Assembly (NCBI GenBank): GCA_021323375.2
Contig: JAJPCT020000009.1
Span: 1 to 22,380 of the forward strand
DNA: 22,380 bases
Reading direction: 5' to 3'
DNA from: Candidatus Wolframiiraptor gerlachensis
Lineage (GTDB): Archaea; Thermoproteota; Nitrososphaeria_A; Caldarchaeales; Wolframiiraptoraceae
The translations under genes and the position numbers were made by a program. This document shows, in pieces, positions 1 to 8,840 of the stretch; within the stretch, counting starts at the first letter, position 1; every line of letters starts with the position of its first letter. The notes under the pieces are model-generated. The model was not told the origin of the DNA. It made no database searches and saw nothing but the letters and a program-made list of their open reading frames with translations.

Positions 1-1
1 A

Positions 2-106
2 CCTGCGACCGTTGAGGATTTCGAGAGGTTCAGCTATGGGCTTCAGGCGGTTAGCCTAGGCGTGGTTGATGAGGCCTTGAGGGATCTGGGGGCTGAGGAT
101 AGATGA
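2..106 (+). CDS. Partial CDS (3' end), hypothetical protein
   Basis: Frame 2 is open from the window edge (PATVEDFERFSYGLQAVSLGVVDEALRDLGAEDR*); its stop overlaps the next ATG as ATGA at 103-106. Confidence 0.6.
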   Translation, partial: PATVEDFERFSYGLQAVSLGVVDEALRDLGAEDR

Positions 107-411
107 GCGTGGAGCCTGATGTTAAGAGGGTTATCGTCGAGGCCTTGAGGAAGGAAGGCGGAGTGGCAACAGGTGATAGGCTCATATACGCGTATATCAG
201 GATAAGGGAGAGGTTCAGGAACTCCAAGGAGCTTATTGGATTCGTTAAAGAGAACCTCGCGGATCAGGTCGAGGTGATAGAGGAGATACTATACCCGTAT
301 AGGGATGACGTGGAGAAGGCCATCTTCCTCAGGCTCAAGGGCTTTCCGGATGGGGAGGCCATGACGGTTTTTAACCGAAGGCGGGATGCCCTTAACCCGA
401 GGTGTGATTAG
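103..411 (+). CDS. Hypothetical protein (102 aa), probably encoded by a virus or mobile element
   Basis: ATGA coupling to the upstream ORF; purine-rich coding strand; no family recognised. Confidence 0.65.
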   Translation: MSVEPDVKRVIVEALRKEGGVATGDRLIYAYIRIRERFRNSKELIGFVKENLADQVEVIEEILYPYRDDVEKAIFLRLKGFPDGEAMTVFNRRRDALNPRCD

Positions 412-412
412 G

Positions 413-793
413 ATGGAGTGGGTTGAGTATCTCGTTAGATTGAGGTTCCACGTGGATGGCTTCTACGCGGAGAAGCTGACAAGAGAATACGTCGAGAGGG
501 AAGTCAGGAGAAAGCTATCCATCCCGGAGCTTGAGGAAGAGGGCTTGATGGAGATAATCGTCTCTGAGACGGGGGTTGATGGACTATTGAATATTCCTGT
601 TAAGAGGGGGGAGCTATGGGTTAGGGAGCTTGAGGATGGGAGATTCGCCATTAATCTGGATGACCCCAAGATCACGTGTGTCGAGGTTCAGGTGGTTCGT
701 GAGGATCTAGAAGAGGAGACGATAAAGGCCAAGGGCGTCAAATACGTCATCATAGGGGATGTTCCGGACACATGGGGAAGGCTAGATTCGTGA
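413..793 (+). CDS. Hypothetical protein (acidic, ~126 aa)
   Basis: ATG at 413 follows SD-like GAGGTG (399-404) and lies 1 nt after the previous stop, so it is preferred over the 386 start. Confidence 0.65.
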   Translation: MEWVEYLVRLRFHVDGFYAEKLTREYVEREVRRKLSIPELEEEGLMEIIVSETGVDGLLNIPVKRGELWVRELEDGRFAINLDDPKITCVEVQVVREDLEEETIKAKGVKYVIIGDVPDTWGRLDS

Positions 794-817
794 GGATGAG
801 GAAGGGGGTTAGGGAGG

Positions 818-1036
818 TTGAGGAGGGGGAGTAATGGGTTGAGGAGGCTTCTAATGAGGAGGCCCATTATCAGGATGGCTGATCCAAGCCACTATACCCC
901 GGGGCATAGGATATGGGAGTGTAAAGAGGTGGATAAGCCGAAGAGGAGGGGGGCTTTACTGGAGGCATGGCTGAAAGGCGAGGTAGGCTCCGAAGAATTA
1001 TTGAAGATAATCAGGATTGAGCTTGAGAGGAAGTAG
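818..1036 (+). CDS. Small hypothetical protein (start uncertain: 818, 854 or 875)
   Basis: Co-directional ORF with several GAGGAGG SD-like motifs; no family recognised. Confidence 0.5.
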   Translation: MRRGSNGLRRLLMRRPIIRMADPSHYTPGHRIWECKEVDKPKRRGALLEAWLKGEVGSEELLKIIRIELERK

Positions 1037-1080
1037 GGGAGAGGGTTCAACGTAGGATTGTTAAGGGATGTATATATGGG

Positions 1081-1446
1081 ATGATCGTATGCGAGTATGA
1101 GTTCGAGAAGCCCGATACTAGGAATCCCCGGTATTCTCTGGTCGAGGCTGATGTTTATGGCTGGATTCCTGAGGAGTTTTGGGATGAGATCAGAGATCAT
1201 AGGCTTTCTTTAAGGAAGAGCCTCAAGATGGGGAAGTTTGAGCTATACAGGTATTATTATGCTGATGGCTCGGAGGAGCTAATCTTCACTGGATCTCTTG
1301 AGGAGTGTCTGAGGAGGGCTGAGGCGGAGTGGAAGAGGTTTCATTATGGATGGGCTGGGGTTGTGCCGGAGTTCAAGCCATGCAGGCATAGGCCGCCGGA
1401 TATAAGCTCGCTATGCCCCATGCAGAGAGCCATCACGCCCATATAA
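1081..1446 (+). CDS. Hypothetical protein (121 aa, aromatic-rich, several Cys/His)
   Basis: Clean ORF, co-directional with the cluster; no family recognised. Confidence 0.65.
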   Translation: MIVCEYEFEKPDTRNPRYSLVEADVYGWIPEEFWDEIRDHRLSLRKSLKMGKFELYRYYYADGSEELIFTGSLEECLRRAEAEWKRFHYGWAGVVPEFKPCRHRPPDISSLCPMQRAITPI

Positions 1447-1457
1447 GGCTGAAAAAG

Positions 1458-1559
1458 CAGGTTTGTGGAGCGGAAATTCAGGAGATCCGTTTCGGCTTTC
1501 TAAGCCTTTACAAACCTGAATTCAAGGAGATAAAGAGCCGAAATTTCGGTTTGTGGGAG
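1458..1559. repeat. Nested inverted and direct repeat cluster
   Basis: CAGGTTTGT (1458-66) / ACAAACCTG (1510-18); TTTCGGCT (1490-97) / AGCCGAAA (1536-43); perfect palindrome CCGAAATTTCGG (1538-49); direct repeats GGTTTGTGG (1460, 1548) and AATTCA(A)GGAGAT (1475, 1519). Confidence 0.8.
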
Positions 1560-1975
1560 TTTATGGAGACGGTTTGGTAATGCTAGAATCATATAATAAG
1601 CTAGGTATCGAGAGGTTTTTATTGTATGCGCCATGGCAGCCCCGCGGCCTCGAGAGGGAGACAACAGACATGATAATCGATCTCTGCGCTCTTGGGAGGA
1701 GCTACGGCCTCTCCATAGTAATATTGTCGCAGGGCATGGCGGGCGAGATAGGCCTAAACGCCGCCGTTAGAAGGAATCTTAATACGCAGTTCATAGGTAG
1801 GATTCATCCGCTCGACTTCGAGGAGGCTCAAAGGCTCGCGGCATCATACTACATCTCACCCGAGAATCTGCTAACACTGCCAGAAGGCCACTTCTACTTC
1901 CTCGGGAGAATGAATCCGTCCCCCACACCTCTCCTTATTAGCTTCCAGATAGGCGAGAAGGAGAGGACGGGCTGA
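1553..1975 (+). pseudogene. C-terminal fragment of a HerA/FtsK-family (DUF87-type) ATPase
   Basis: LYAP...LGRSYGLSIVILSQ...NLNTQFIGRIHPLD...LLTLPEGHFYF matches the HerA post-Walker-B region (arginine-finger GR, hhhhSQ, NT, LPxG). Walker A and the DEAH Walker B are absent. Similarity begins at about 1622. Confidence 0.75.
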
Positions 1976-2028
1976 GGCAGCGCGCTCCAGCGAAACATAT
2001 TTTTCTGCGATTCCATCATCTCCTCCAT

Positions 2029-2928
2029 GTGCTCACCGAAGATAGGATCAGGAGATATGTTATCGAGCTTATGCGGGCCGCTGCGATACATCTGCCAGAA
2101 GAGGTGAAGACATCCCTGAGGAGGGCGTATGAACTAGAGGATGATCCATTGGCAAGGAGGATGCTCGCGGCGATCCTAGAGAATGTCGAGCTAGCTGGCG
2201 GGCGCAGGAGGCCGATATGCCAGGATACGGGTGTCGTGATGTTTAGCGTGAGGGCTGGTGAGAGGTTCCCCATGCTTGGAAGGCTCCCGGAGATCCTTAG
2301 GGCTGCTGTCGTGGAGGCGACTAGGATGATCCCGCTCAGGCCCAACGCAGTTGACGTGATTACCGGGAGGAATAGCGGCGACAACACGGGCGACTACATC
2401 CCATGGATAGACTGGGAGATAGTTCCCGAAGAGGATTACGCCGAGATAACAGTCATGCTTAAGGGTGGCGGTAGCGAGGCGGCGGGCGGGGTTACAGTCC
2501 TGACCCCGAGCGCTGGCATAGAGGGCGCATCAAAATTCGTCTTGGAGGTTGTCAAGGAGGCTGGCCCGAGAGCATGCCCACCACTAATCATCGGTGTTGG
2601 GATTAGTGGGACCACTTACACCGCCATCTGCCTGGCCAAGAAGGCCCTTCTAAGAGGCATGGGGTTGCGTAATCCGAGACCGGAGTTAGCCTCTCTTGAG
2701 GAGAGGCTCCTCAATGCGGTGAACATGCTTGGCTGGGGTGTTCATGGAGTGGGTGGCAGGACGACGGCACTAGACCTGAGGATAGAGGCCTCTCACAGGC
2801 ATCCAGCGTCTCTCGCCGTCGGTGTGGTCTCGAGCTGCTGGGCATTCAGATACTCCACGATGAGAATTAGGGGCGATAATGTCGAGTTCCTAACCCACAA
2901 CTTTCTAAACGAGCTAGAGGTGGATTAG
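2029..2928 (+). CDS. Class I Fe-S fumarate hydratase / tartrate dehydratase family, alpha subunit
   Basis: PICQDTG, KGGGSE, ACPP and SCWAFR cysteine motifs. Confidence 0.93.
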   Translation: MLTEDRIRRYVIELMRAAAIHLPEEVKTSLRRAYELEDDPLARRMLAAILENVELAGGRRRPICQDTGVVMFSVRAGERFPMLGRLPEILRAAVVEATRMIPLRPNAVDVITGRNSGDNTGDYIPWIDWEIVPEEDYAEITVMLKGGGSEAAGGVTVLTPSAGIEGASKFVLEVVKEAGPRACPPLIIGVGISGTTYTAICLAKKALLRGMGLRNPRPELASLEERLLNAVNMLGWGVHGVGGRTTALDLRIEASHRHPASLAVGVVSSCWAFRYSTMRIRGDNVEFLTHNFLNELEVD

Positions 2929-2932
2929 GTGG

Positions 2933-3523
2933 ATGGAGTATAGACTTAGGACTCCCATCAGCGAGCAGGAGATTAGGAGGCTCAGGGTTGGAGACTTGGT
3001 CTTTATGGATGGTCTCGTAGTTACGTTGAGGGATGCTGGGCATAGGAGGGCGATCGAGTATCTTAGGAGTGGTAGGAGGCTGCCAATAGATCTCGCGGGC
3101 CTCGTATTGTATCATATGGGTCCTGTTGTCCGGATGAGTGAGGGTGGCTGGGAGATTGTTGCCGCTGGGCCTACCACGAGCGCGAGGCTAGAGGCCTATG
3201 AACCAGAGCTGATTGAGAAGACCGGCGTCAGGCTTATTGTCGGCAAGGGTGGGATGGGCGCCAAGACAGCTGAGGCCTGCAAGAGGTTTGGTGCTGCCTA
3301 TGCCATCTACCCGGGAGGGGCTGGAGCATTAGCGGCCGAGGCGATTGAAGAGGTCGAGATGGTGGAGTGGCTCGACCTCGGAATACCCGAGGCGATGTGG
3401 GTTCTCAGGGTAAGAAACTTCGGCCCACTCATGATCATGATAGACTCGACTGGAAGAAACTTTTACGAGGAGAGGAGGAGAATCGTTGAGGAGAATATGG
3501 GGAGGACGGCGGGCTTTGTGTGA
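2933..3523 (+). CDS. Class I fumarate hydratase beta subunit (FumA C-terminal / TtdB family)
   Basis: RDAGH, YHMGP, AGPTTSAR, IVGKGG, LGIPEAMW and FGPL..IDSTG motifs; starts 4 nt after the alpha stop. Confidence 0.93.
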   Translation: MEYRLRTPISEQEIRRLRVGDLVFMDGLVVTLRDAGHRRAIEYLRSGRRLPIDLAGLVLYHMGPVVRMSEGGWEIVAAGPTTSARLEAYEPELIEKTGVRLIVGKGGMGAKTAEACKRFGAAYAIYPGGAGALAAEAIEEVEMVEWLDLGIPEAMWVLRVRNFGPLMIMIDSTGRNFYEERRRIVEENMGRTAGFV

Positions 3524-3651
3524 TAGTGTATTCTTATCTCGCCGAATATATTATCGTCAATTGACTCATAAAACATCAAACATCCCACGCACGATCATCA
3601 CATCATCAAGATACTAATAGAGGTCTCAAGTATTGTTAGGCGGGATCGGGA

Positions 3652-6441
3652 TTGGGAAGTATCGAGCGGATGTTTGATCCCGAGACAGTGGCGGTAATCG
3701 GGGCAACTGATAGGGAGGGCTCGGTTGGCAGGGCGATAATGGAGAACCTACTAGAGTGGAGGAGTAATCGGGAGATCTTCCCGGTTAACCCGAATAGGGA
3801 GAGCGTGCTCGGGCTGAAATGCTATCCGAGCATCAAGGATGTTCCGAAGCATGTTGACCTCGCGATAATAGCTGTTCCAGCGAAGCTGGTCCCAAAGGTT
3901 GTCGAGGAGTGTGGGGAAGCTGGCGTCGATGGCGTTGTAATAATATCTGCTGGTTTCAGGGAGGTTGGTGAAGAGGGTAGAAAGCTCGAGGAGGAGATAA
4001 AGCGCATCCAGCAGAAGTATGGTATGAGGATTCTGGGGCCAAATTGCTTCGGCTTTATCAGGCCCCACATAGGCCTTAACGCCACATTCTTCAGGAAGAT
4101 GCCTGAGCCTGGGCCGATAGCATTTATCTCGCAGAGCGGGGCTCTCGGCTCCGCGATCTTAGACTGGGCTCTTACGCACCATATAGGATTCAGCATGTTC
4201 ATCTCACTCGGCTCCATGCTCGACATAGACTTCGGAGACCTGATAGACTACCTTGGAGAGGATCCTGAAACACGTAGCATACTAATCTACATGGAGGGGA
4301 TTGATGATATTAAGAGAGCTAGAAAGCTCATGAGCGCTATCAGGGGGTTCGCGAGGACAAAGCCTATACTGATATTGAAGCCGGGAAAATATGAGGCGAG
4401 CGCGAGGGCCGCGAAATCGCACACCGGCGCGATGGTCGGCAGCTTCGAGGTCTATGATGCCGCGTTCAAGAGGGTTGGCGCCATCCGGGTCGACGAGATA
4501 GAGGATTTATTTAACTGTGCTAGGGTTTTGGACTCCAGATATCTCCCGGCCGGCCCGAGGCTCGCGATAATAACCAACGCGGGAGGGCCGGGTGTGATCG
4601 CAGCAGACGCAGTCATAGATTATGGGGGGGAGATGGCGAGGCTCTCGGAGAAAACGATTAATGCCCTCGACATGATACTGCCGCCGCACTGGAGCAGGGG
4701 AAACCCAATAGACATCATAGGAGATGCCGATGTCAAGAGATATGTTGAGACGCTCAAGGTCTGTCTAAACGATCCCGGGATAGACGGCATAATCGTGATA
4801 TATACGCCGCAGGGGGCGGCCAAGCCCATCGAGCTCGCTGAAGCGCTTATCGACGTGATCGCCGAGAAGAGGAAGCCAGTCCTCACAGTCTGGATGGGTG
4901 GAAGCGAAGAGGTCCGGGAAGCTAGACAGTTATTCTCGAAGAATGATATTCCATGCTATTCGACGCCGGAGGATGCCGTGAGGACATACATGTACATGTA
5001 CAAGTATAAGCGGAACCTAGATCTCCTATACGAGACGCCGAGGGAGATCTCGGTCGATTTATCGCCGCCGATACATCATCTTAAGGTTCTGATCAAGAGG
5101 GCGAGGAGGGAGAAGAGGGATGTTCTGCTGATAGATGAGGCGGAGCGTTTCATGAAGGCTTACGGCATACCGACCCCAGAGGGTGGTCTCGCGAAAAGCG
5201 TTGGTGAGGCCATGCTGATCGCCTCCAAGATAGGATACCCGGTGGTGCTGAAGATAGTATCCCCGGACATAATACATAAGGTTGATGTCGGCGGAGTCAT
5301 CACGGGGATAAAGAATGAGAATGAGCTCAGGGAGGGGTTCAACAAGCTTATCCAGAGGATTAGGGAGAAGATGCCTGAGGCGCGGATCGAGGGCGTCTAT
5401 GTCCAGAAGATGGTGACGAACACAGATTATGAGCTCATTATCGGATCGAAGAAGGATCCGATCTTCGGCTCCGTGATACTCTTCGGGGCGGGAGGGTTTG
5501 GCGTCGAGCTCTTCAAGGATTATGCGATCGGCCTCCCGCCGCTCAACCAAGTCCTGGCAAGAAGGCTCATGGAAGAGACGAAGATCTACAGGTTCCTCGT
5601 TAAGGGGTATAGGAACAAGCCACCCGTCGACATCGCGAAGCTCGAGGAGATACTTGTGAGGTTCTCCAATATGCTTGTCGACTTCCCGGAGATCAAGGAG
5701 GTTGACATTAACCCGCTCCTCGTCTCGAGGAGCGAGGCATGGGCTGTTGATGTAAGGATAGTGTTGGATCATGAGCTGGGGGATAGAGAGCCGGAGCAAT
5801 ACTCCAATCTCGTCATAATGCCGTATCCATCGAAGTATATCGTCCCTTATCGGCTGAGGGATGGGACGCAGGTGATTCTTAGGCCTATCAGACCGGAGGA
5901 TGAGCCCCTAGAGGCCGAGTTTATCGAAAATCTCTCGGAGGAGACCAAGAGGTTCAGGTTCTTCTACGTAATCAAGGAGATAACTCATGACATGCTTGTG
6001 AGGTTCTGTAACATTGATTATGATCGTGAGATGGCCATAGTTGCCGAGTACATGGATGGCGGTGGAAGGAGGAGGATTGTTGGTGTTGGGAGGCTGATAA
6101 TGGATCCATTCAGGAGGCGCGGGGAGTTCGCGGTTGTCGTCGCGGACGATTTCCAGGGAAAGGGCCTTGGCACCAAGCTGATAGATATGCTCATACAAGT
6201 AGCCATGGATAAGGGCCTTGAATCAATCTATGGCTTGGTGATGCCGGAGAACATTAGGATGATAGAGCTCTGCAGGAAGCTTGGCTTCGAGCTAAGGCAC
6301 ACGCCGGAGGAGGTTATCGTGGAGCTGAACCTGAAGGGCGAGAGAGTATCCGAGATACCAGAGCGGGAGATAATAGCACGCTCGAAGAAGAAGACTTTCC
6401 TCAAGGCTAGGCCGCCGACCATAGAATCCCCTGAGAGCTGA
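3652..6441 (+). CDS. NDP-forming acyl/acetate-CoA ligase (alpha + ATP-grasp) fused to a C-terminal GNAT; Pat/YfiQ-type protein lysine acetyltransferase architecture
   Basis: CoA-binding VAVIGA, LGPNC, ISQSGA, KSHTG, TNAGGPG and NPIDI; ATP-grasp GYPVVLK..HKVDVGGV and DINPL; GNAT LRPIRPED and EFAVVVADDFQGKGLG. Confidence 0.93.
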   Translation: MGSIERMFDPETVAVIGATDREGSVGRAIMENLLEWRSNREIFPVNPNRESVLGLKCYPSIKDVPKHVDLAIIAVPAKLVPKVVEECGEAGVDGVVIISAGFREVGEEGRKLEEEIKRIQQKYGMRILGPNCFGFIRPHIGLNATFFRKMPEPGPIAFISQSGALGSAILDWALTHHIGFSMFISLGSMLDIDFGDLIDYLGEDPETRSILIYMEGIDDIKRARKLMSAIRGFARTKPILILKPGKYEASARAAKSHTGAMVGSFEVYDAAFKRVGAIRVDEIEDLFNCARVLDSRYLPAGPRLAIITNAGGPGVIAADAVIDYGGEMARLSEKTINALDMILPPHWSRGNPIDIIGDADVKRYVETLKVCLNDPGIDGIIVIYTPQGAAKPIELAEALIDVIAEKRKPVLTVWMGGSEEVREARQLFSKNDIPCYSTPEDAVRTYMYMYKYKRNLDLLYETPREISVDLSPPIHHLKVLIKRARREKRDVLLIDEAERFMKAYGIPTPEGGLAKSVGEAMLIASKIGYPVVLKIVSPDIIHKVDVGGVITGIKNENELREGFNKLIQRIREKMPEARIEGVYVQKMVTNTDYELIIGSKKDPIFGSVILFGAGGFGVELFKDYAIGLPPLNQVLARRLMEETKIYRFLVKGYRNKPPVDIAKLEEILVRFSNMLVDFPEIKEVDINPLLVSRSEAWAVDVRIVLDHELGDREPEQYSNLVIMPYPSKYIVPYRLRDGTQVILRPIRPEDEPLEAEFIENLSEETKRFRFFYVIKEITHDMLVRFCNIDYDREMAIVAEYMDGGGRRRIVGVGRLIMDPFRRRGEFAVVVADDFQGKGLGTKLIDMLIQVAMDKGLESIYGLVMPENIRMIELCRKLGFELRHTPEEVIVELNLKGERVSEIPEREIIARSKKKTFLKARPPTIESPES

Positions 6442-6496
6442 TCTTGGGAAACCTTTATTCGGAGAGGGTGGCTTTAAGCCCCTTGGTGAAGGCTGG

Positions 6497-7780
6497 TTGA
6501 GCGAGCCCGAGAGGGAGACAGCGTTCTCAAAACTTCCTCCAAGACTCCAAGAACGATTCTTCGAGCTCGCGGAGGAGGCGTGTAGTCGGGTCTCCAAGAT
6601 CCTTAGAAGGGAGGATGAGAAGCTTGGCGTTCTAATGCAGAGCCTGAGATTTAGGAGGGCTCCACATGGTCTTCCACACGGCCTCAGGATCGGGGTTGTT
6701 GACGGCTCCCATTCCCCGAAGCTCAGCGAGAGGCTTGGCTTCAGGATCGGCGTCTACGCCGCGACATACATGGTCTTTGACGGGGATAGAATAATCACCG
6801 ATGATGATAGGGAGTCTATGTGGTCTGGATACCTGATAGCCCCCCAGACGGGAAGCTCGCTCTATACTAGGAAGATCCTAAGCCTTCTTGCAACGCTCAT
6901 CGAGCGGAAGCTCGCGCTCCAATGCATAGAGAGATACGACGTTGATATAATGCTGGTCGACGGCTCCTTCTATGGCTTCAGGACGAGGTGCAGCGAGATA
7001 AAGGAGAAGAGGATTGAGGAGCTGGGGCTCGAGGGCCCGGATCTCGATAATATGGGGATTAGGACCGGCTGGGATTTGATCGACGAGGTCTATGAGCATA
7101 CGATGAGGCTGAGGGAGAGTGGGAGAGCTGTTGCGGTGATAAAAAGAATTAGGACCGCGGCGATAGATGGGTGGCTTCTCACAAGAACATGGTCTCTCGA
7201 CTCGACGCTAAATAAGAATGATAGGGCGATACTTAGGAGGCTTATGCGCCCCGGAGAATACTTCGACTACGCGGATCTGCTGGGTGAAAACTTTTATTAT
7301 CTGCATTATAGCAGCTTGAAGGGCTGGTTCCATGAGATAAAGAGGAAGATCAGCGGGAAACCCGATGATGAGAAGATAAAAGTAGCGCTTGATTACGTTG
7401 AGAAAAAGCTTAAGCTCCAGATAGCGACGGATCTTTGTCCGAAGGATTCATGCGACGCTCTCAGGGAGGCGATCTTCAGGGAAGTACTGTCCCCCAGGCG
7501 ACTATATATCCGGCTATCTCCCTATGCGGCGCCGGTTTGCATAGAGCTGGGAAGAGGCGTTGATCAGGACCTAGTCCTATCATATCTCCAGGCATCCGCC
7601 AACCCGGCAACCGGCCTACCATTCCCAATAGACCTCATAGACGAGATCATATCCTTTGACAGGGAGCTTGCATCAGAGTTCGCGGACGAGGTTGAGGCTA
7701 GGCTCCTCCTAGGCTCTGGCCTCGACGTTGATCATGTTTATGGGGAGTTCGAGCCGATAAATCCTCAGAAGCCGGAGTAG
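6497..7780 (+). CDS. nurA: NurA-family nuclease
   Basis: GVVDGS, conserved E in IERKLA, MLVDGS, VIKR and C-terminal GLPFPIDLID; SD-like GGTGA before the TTG start. Confidence 0.8.
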   Translation: MSEPERETAFSKLPPRLQERFFELAEEACSRVSKILRREDEKLGVLMQSLRFRRAPHGLPHGLRIGVVDGSHSPKLSERLGFRIGVYAATYMVFDGDRIITDDDRESMWSGYLIAPQTGSSLYTRKILSLLATLIERKLALQCIERYDVDIMLVDGSFYGFRTRCSEIKEKRIEELGLEGPDLDNMGIRTGWDLIDEVYEHTMRLRESGRAVAVIKRIRTAAIDGWLLTRTWSLDSTLNKNDRAILRRLMRPGEYFDYADLLGENFYYLHYSSLKGWFHEIKRKISGKPDDEKIKVALDYVEKKLKLQIATDLCPKDSCDALREAIFREVLSPRRLYIRLSPYAAPVCIELGRGVDQDLVLSYLQASANPATGLPFPIDLIDEIISFDRELASEFADEVEARLLLGSGLDVDHVYGEFEPINPQKPE

Positions 7781-7787
7781 CTGGGGC

Positions 7788-8840
7788 ATGAGGATCTGGA
7801 TGGATATTCTGAGCCCGAAGCAGCTCCTGCTATTCACGAGCTTGGCTGAGAGATTCAGGGAGCTTGGATACAGCATTCTCCTGACATCGCGGAGGTATAT
7901 TCAGCTCGATGAGCTGCTTGAGACGAGCTTCCATGAGTGGGGCATCATTAGGGTTGGGGAGTGGGGTGGCGGAAGCCTCGAGGGAAAGCTTAGAGCCAGC
8001 GTAGAGAGGATGAGGCTGCTGCTCGATGTGGTGGCTGGCGAGAGGCCGGATTTATGCCTCTCAAGCGGCTCGCCGGAGGCCGCTAGAATAGCATATGGCC
8101 TCGGGATCCCGCATCTCCTAATCTCGGATACGCCGCACTCGCCGGTAAACAGGCTCACCGCGCCACTCTCCAAAAGAATCCTAACACCTTGGGTGATACC
8201 TATTCGAGAATGGGTTGAGGTAGGCGCAAGCAGGGGCATGATAACGCGTTATAGGGCGTTGGATCCATGCTTCTGGCTGAGAGGCTTCAAGCCGGATAAA
8301 AGCGTTCTCGGAGACTTGGAGGAAGGACGATATATCCTCTTCAGGATGCCTGAGACTCAGGCCGCCTACATGAGGGCTGGAGACCGCGAGTTCATAGAGC
8401 TTGCTAAAAAGATCGGTGAGATCCTTGGCGGCATGAGGCTCGTGATGCTCTGTAGATACGTGGAGCAGGCAGAGCTCGCGAGGAGAATACTAGGCGAGAG
8501 AGCGGTGATAGTGGATAGGCTGGTTCCAGGAGCATCGTTAATAGCATTCTCGGCGGTATTCATCGGTGGCGGCGGCACGATGACGCAGGAGGCCTCGCTA
8601 CTCGGGGTGCCAGCAATCTCAATCTACCCTGGAGAGCTCCCAACAGTCCTCAAGTTCCTCGAGAGAAGAAAGCTCCTCATACATCTCAGAGACCCGGGAG
8701 CCATCATAGAGACCATGACAAGGCTCTTGAAGAGGCTTGACGCCGTCAGGGATTCTTGGAGAAGGAGAGCCCAGAATCTCTGGAGATCCTTGGAGGATCC
8801 ATTCCACGTGGTCTTGAGGGAGGTGGAGTCCCTAGCCTAG
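7788..8840 (+). CDS. DUF354 family GT-B glycosyltransferase-like protein
   Basis: MRIWMDILSPKQ N-terminus, SSGSPEAARIAYGLGIP and FIGGGGTMTQEASLLGVPAIS. Confidence 0.88.
   Translation: MRIWMDILSPKQLLLFTSLAERFRELGYSILLTSRRYIQLDELLETSFHEWGIIRVGEWGGGSLEGKLRASVERMRLLLDVVAGERPDLCLSSGSPEAARIAYGLGIPHLLISDTPHSPVNRLTAPLSKRILTPWVIPIREWVEVGASRGMITRYRALDPCFWLRGFKPDKSVLGDLEEGRYILFRMPETQAAYMRAGDREFIELAKKIGEILGGMRLVMLCRYVEQAELARRILGERAVIVDRLVPGASLIAFSAVFIGGGGTMTQEASLLGVPAISIYPGELPTVLKFLERRKLLIHLRDPGAIIETMTRLLKRLDAVRDSWRRRAQNLWRSLEDPFHVVLREVESLA

Larger units (their letters stand above)
1..1620. mobile_element. Putative right end of a provirus or integrative element
   Basis: String of short, coupled, unrecognisable ORFs, then a repeat-dense non-coding block that abuts a 5'-truncated host-type gene. 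No integrase or structural gene lies in the window. Confidence 0.45.

Noticed and set aside
796-862. Four (A/T)TGAGGA(A)GG units, 15-22 nt apart
   Set aside because: Low-complexity purine-rich SD-like and Arg-codon sequence with irregular spacing.
3556-3609. Minus-strand TGATGA motifs suggesting a C/D-box sRNA; GTCAATTGAC palindrome
   Set aside because: No CTGA D or D' box at suitable spacing, and no guide target recognised.
5059-5799. 246-aa antisense ORF, and the other antisense or overlapping ORFs in the track
   Set aside because: Shadows of well-supported genes on the opposite strand or frame, with no recognisable motifs.
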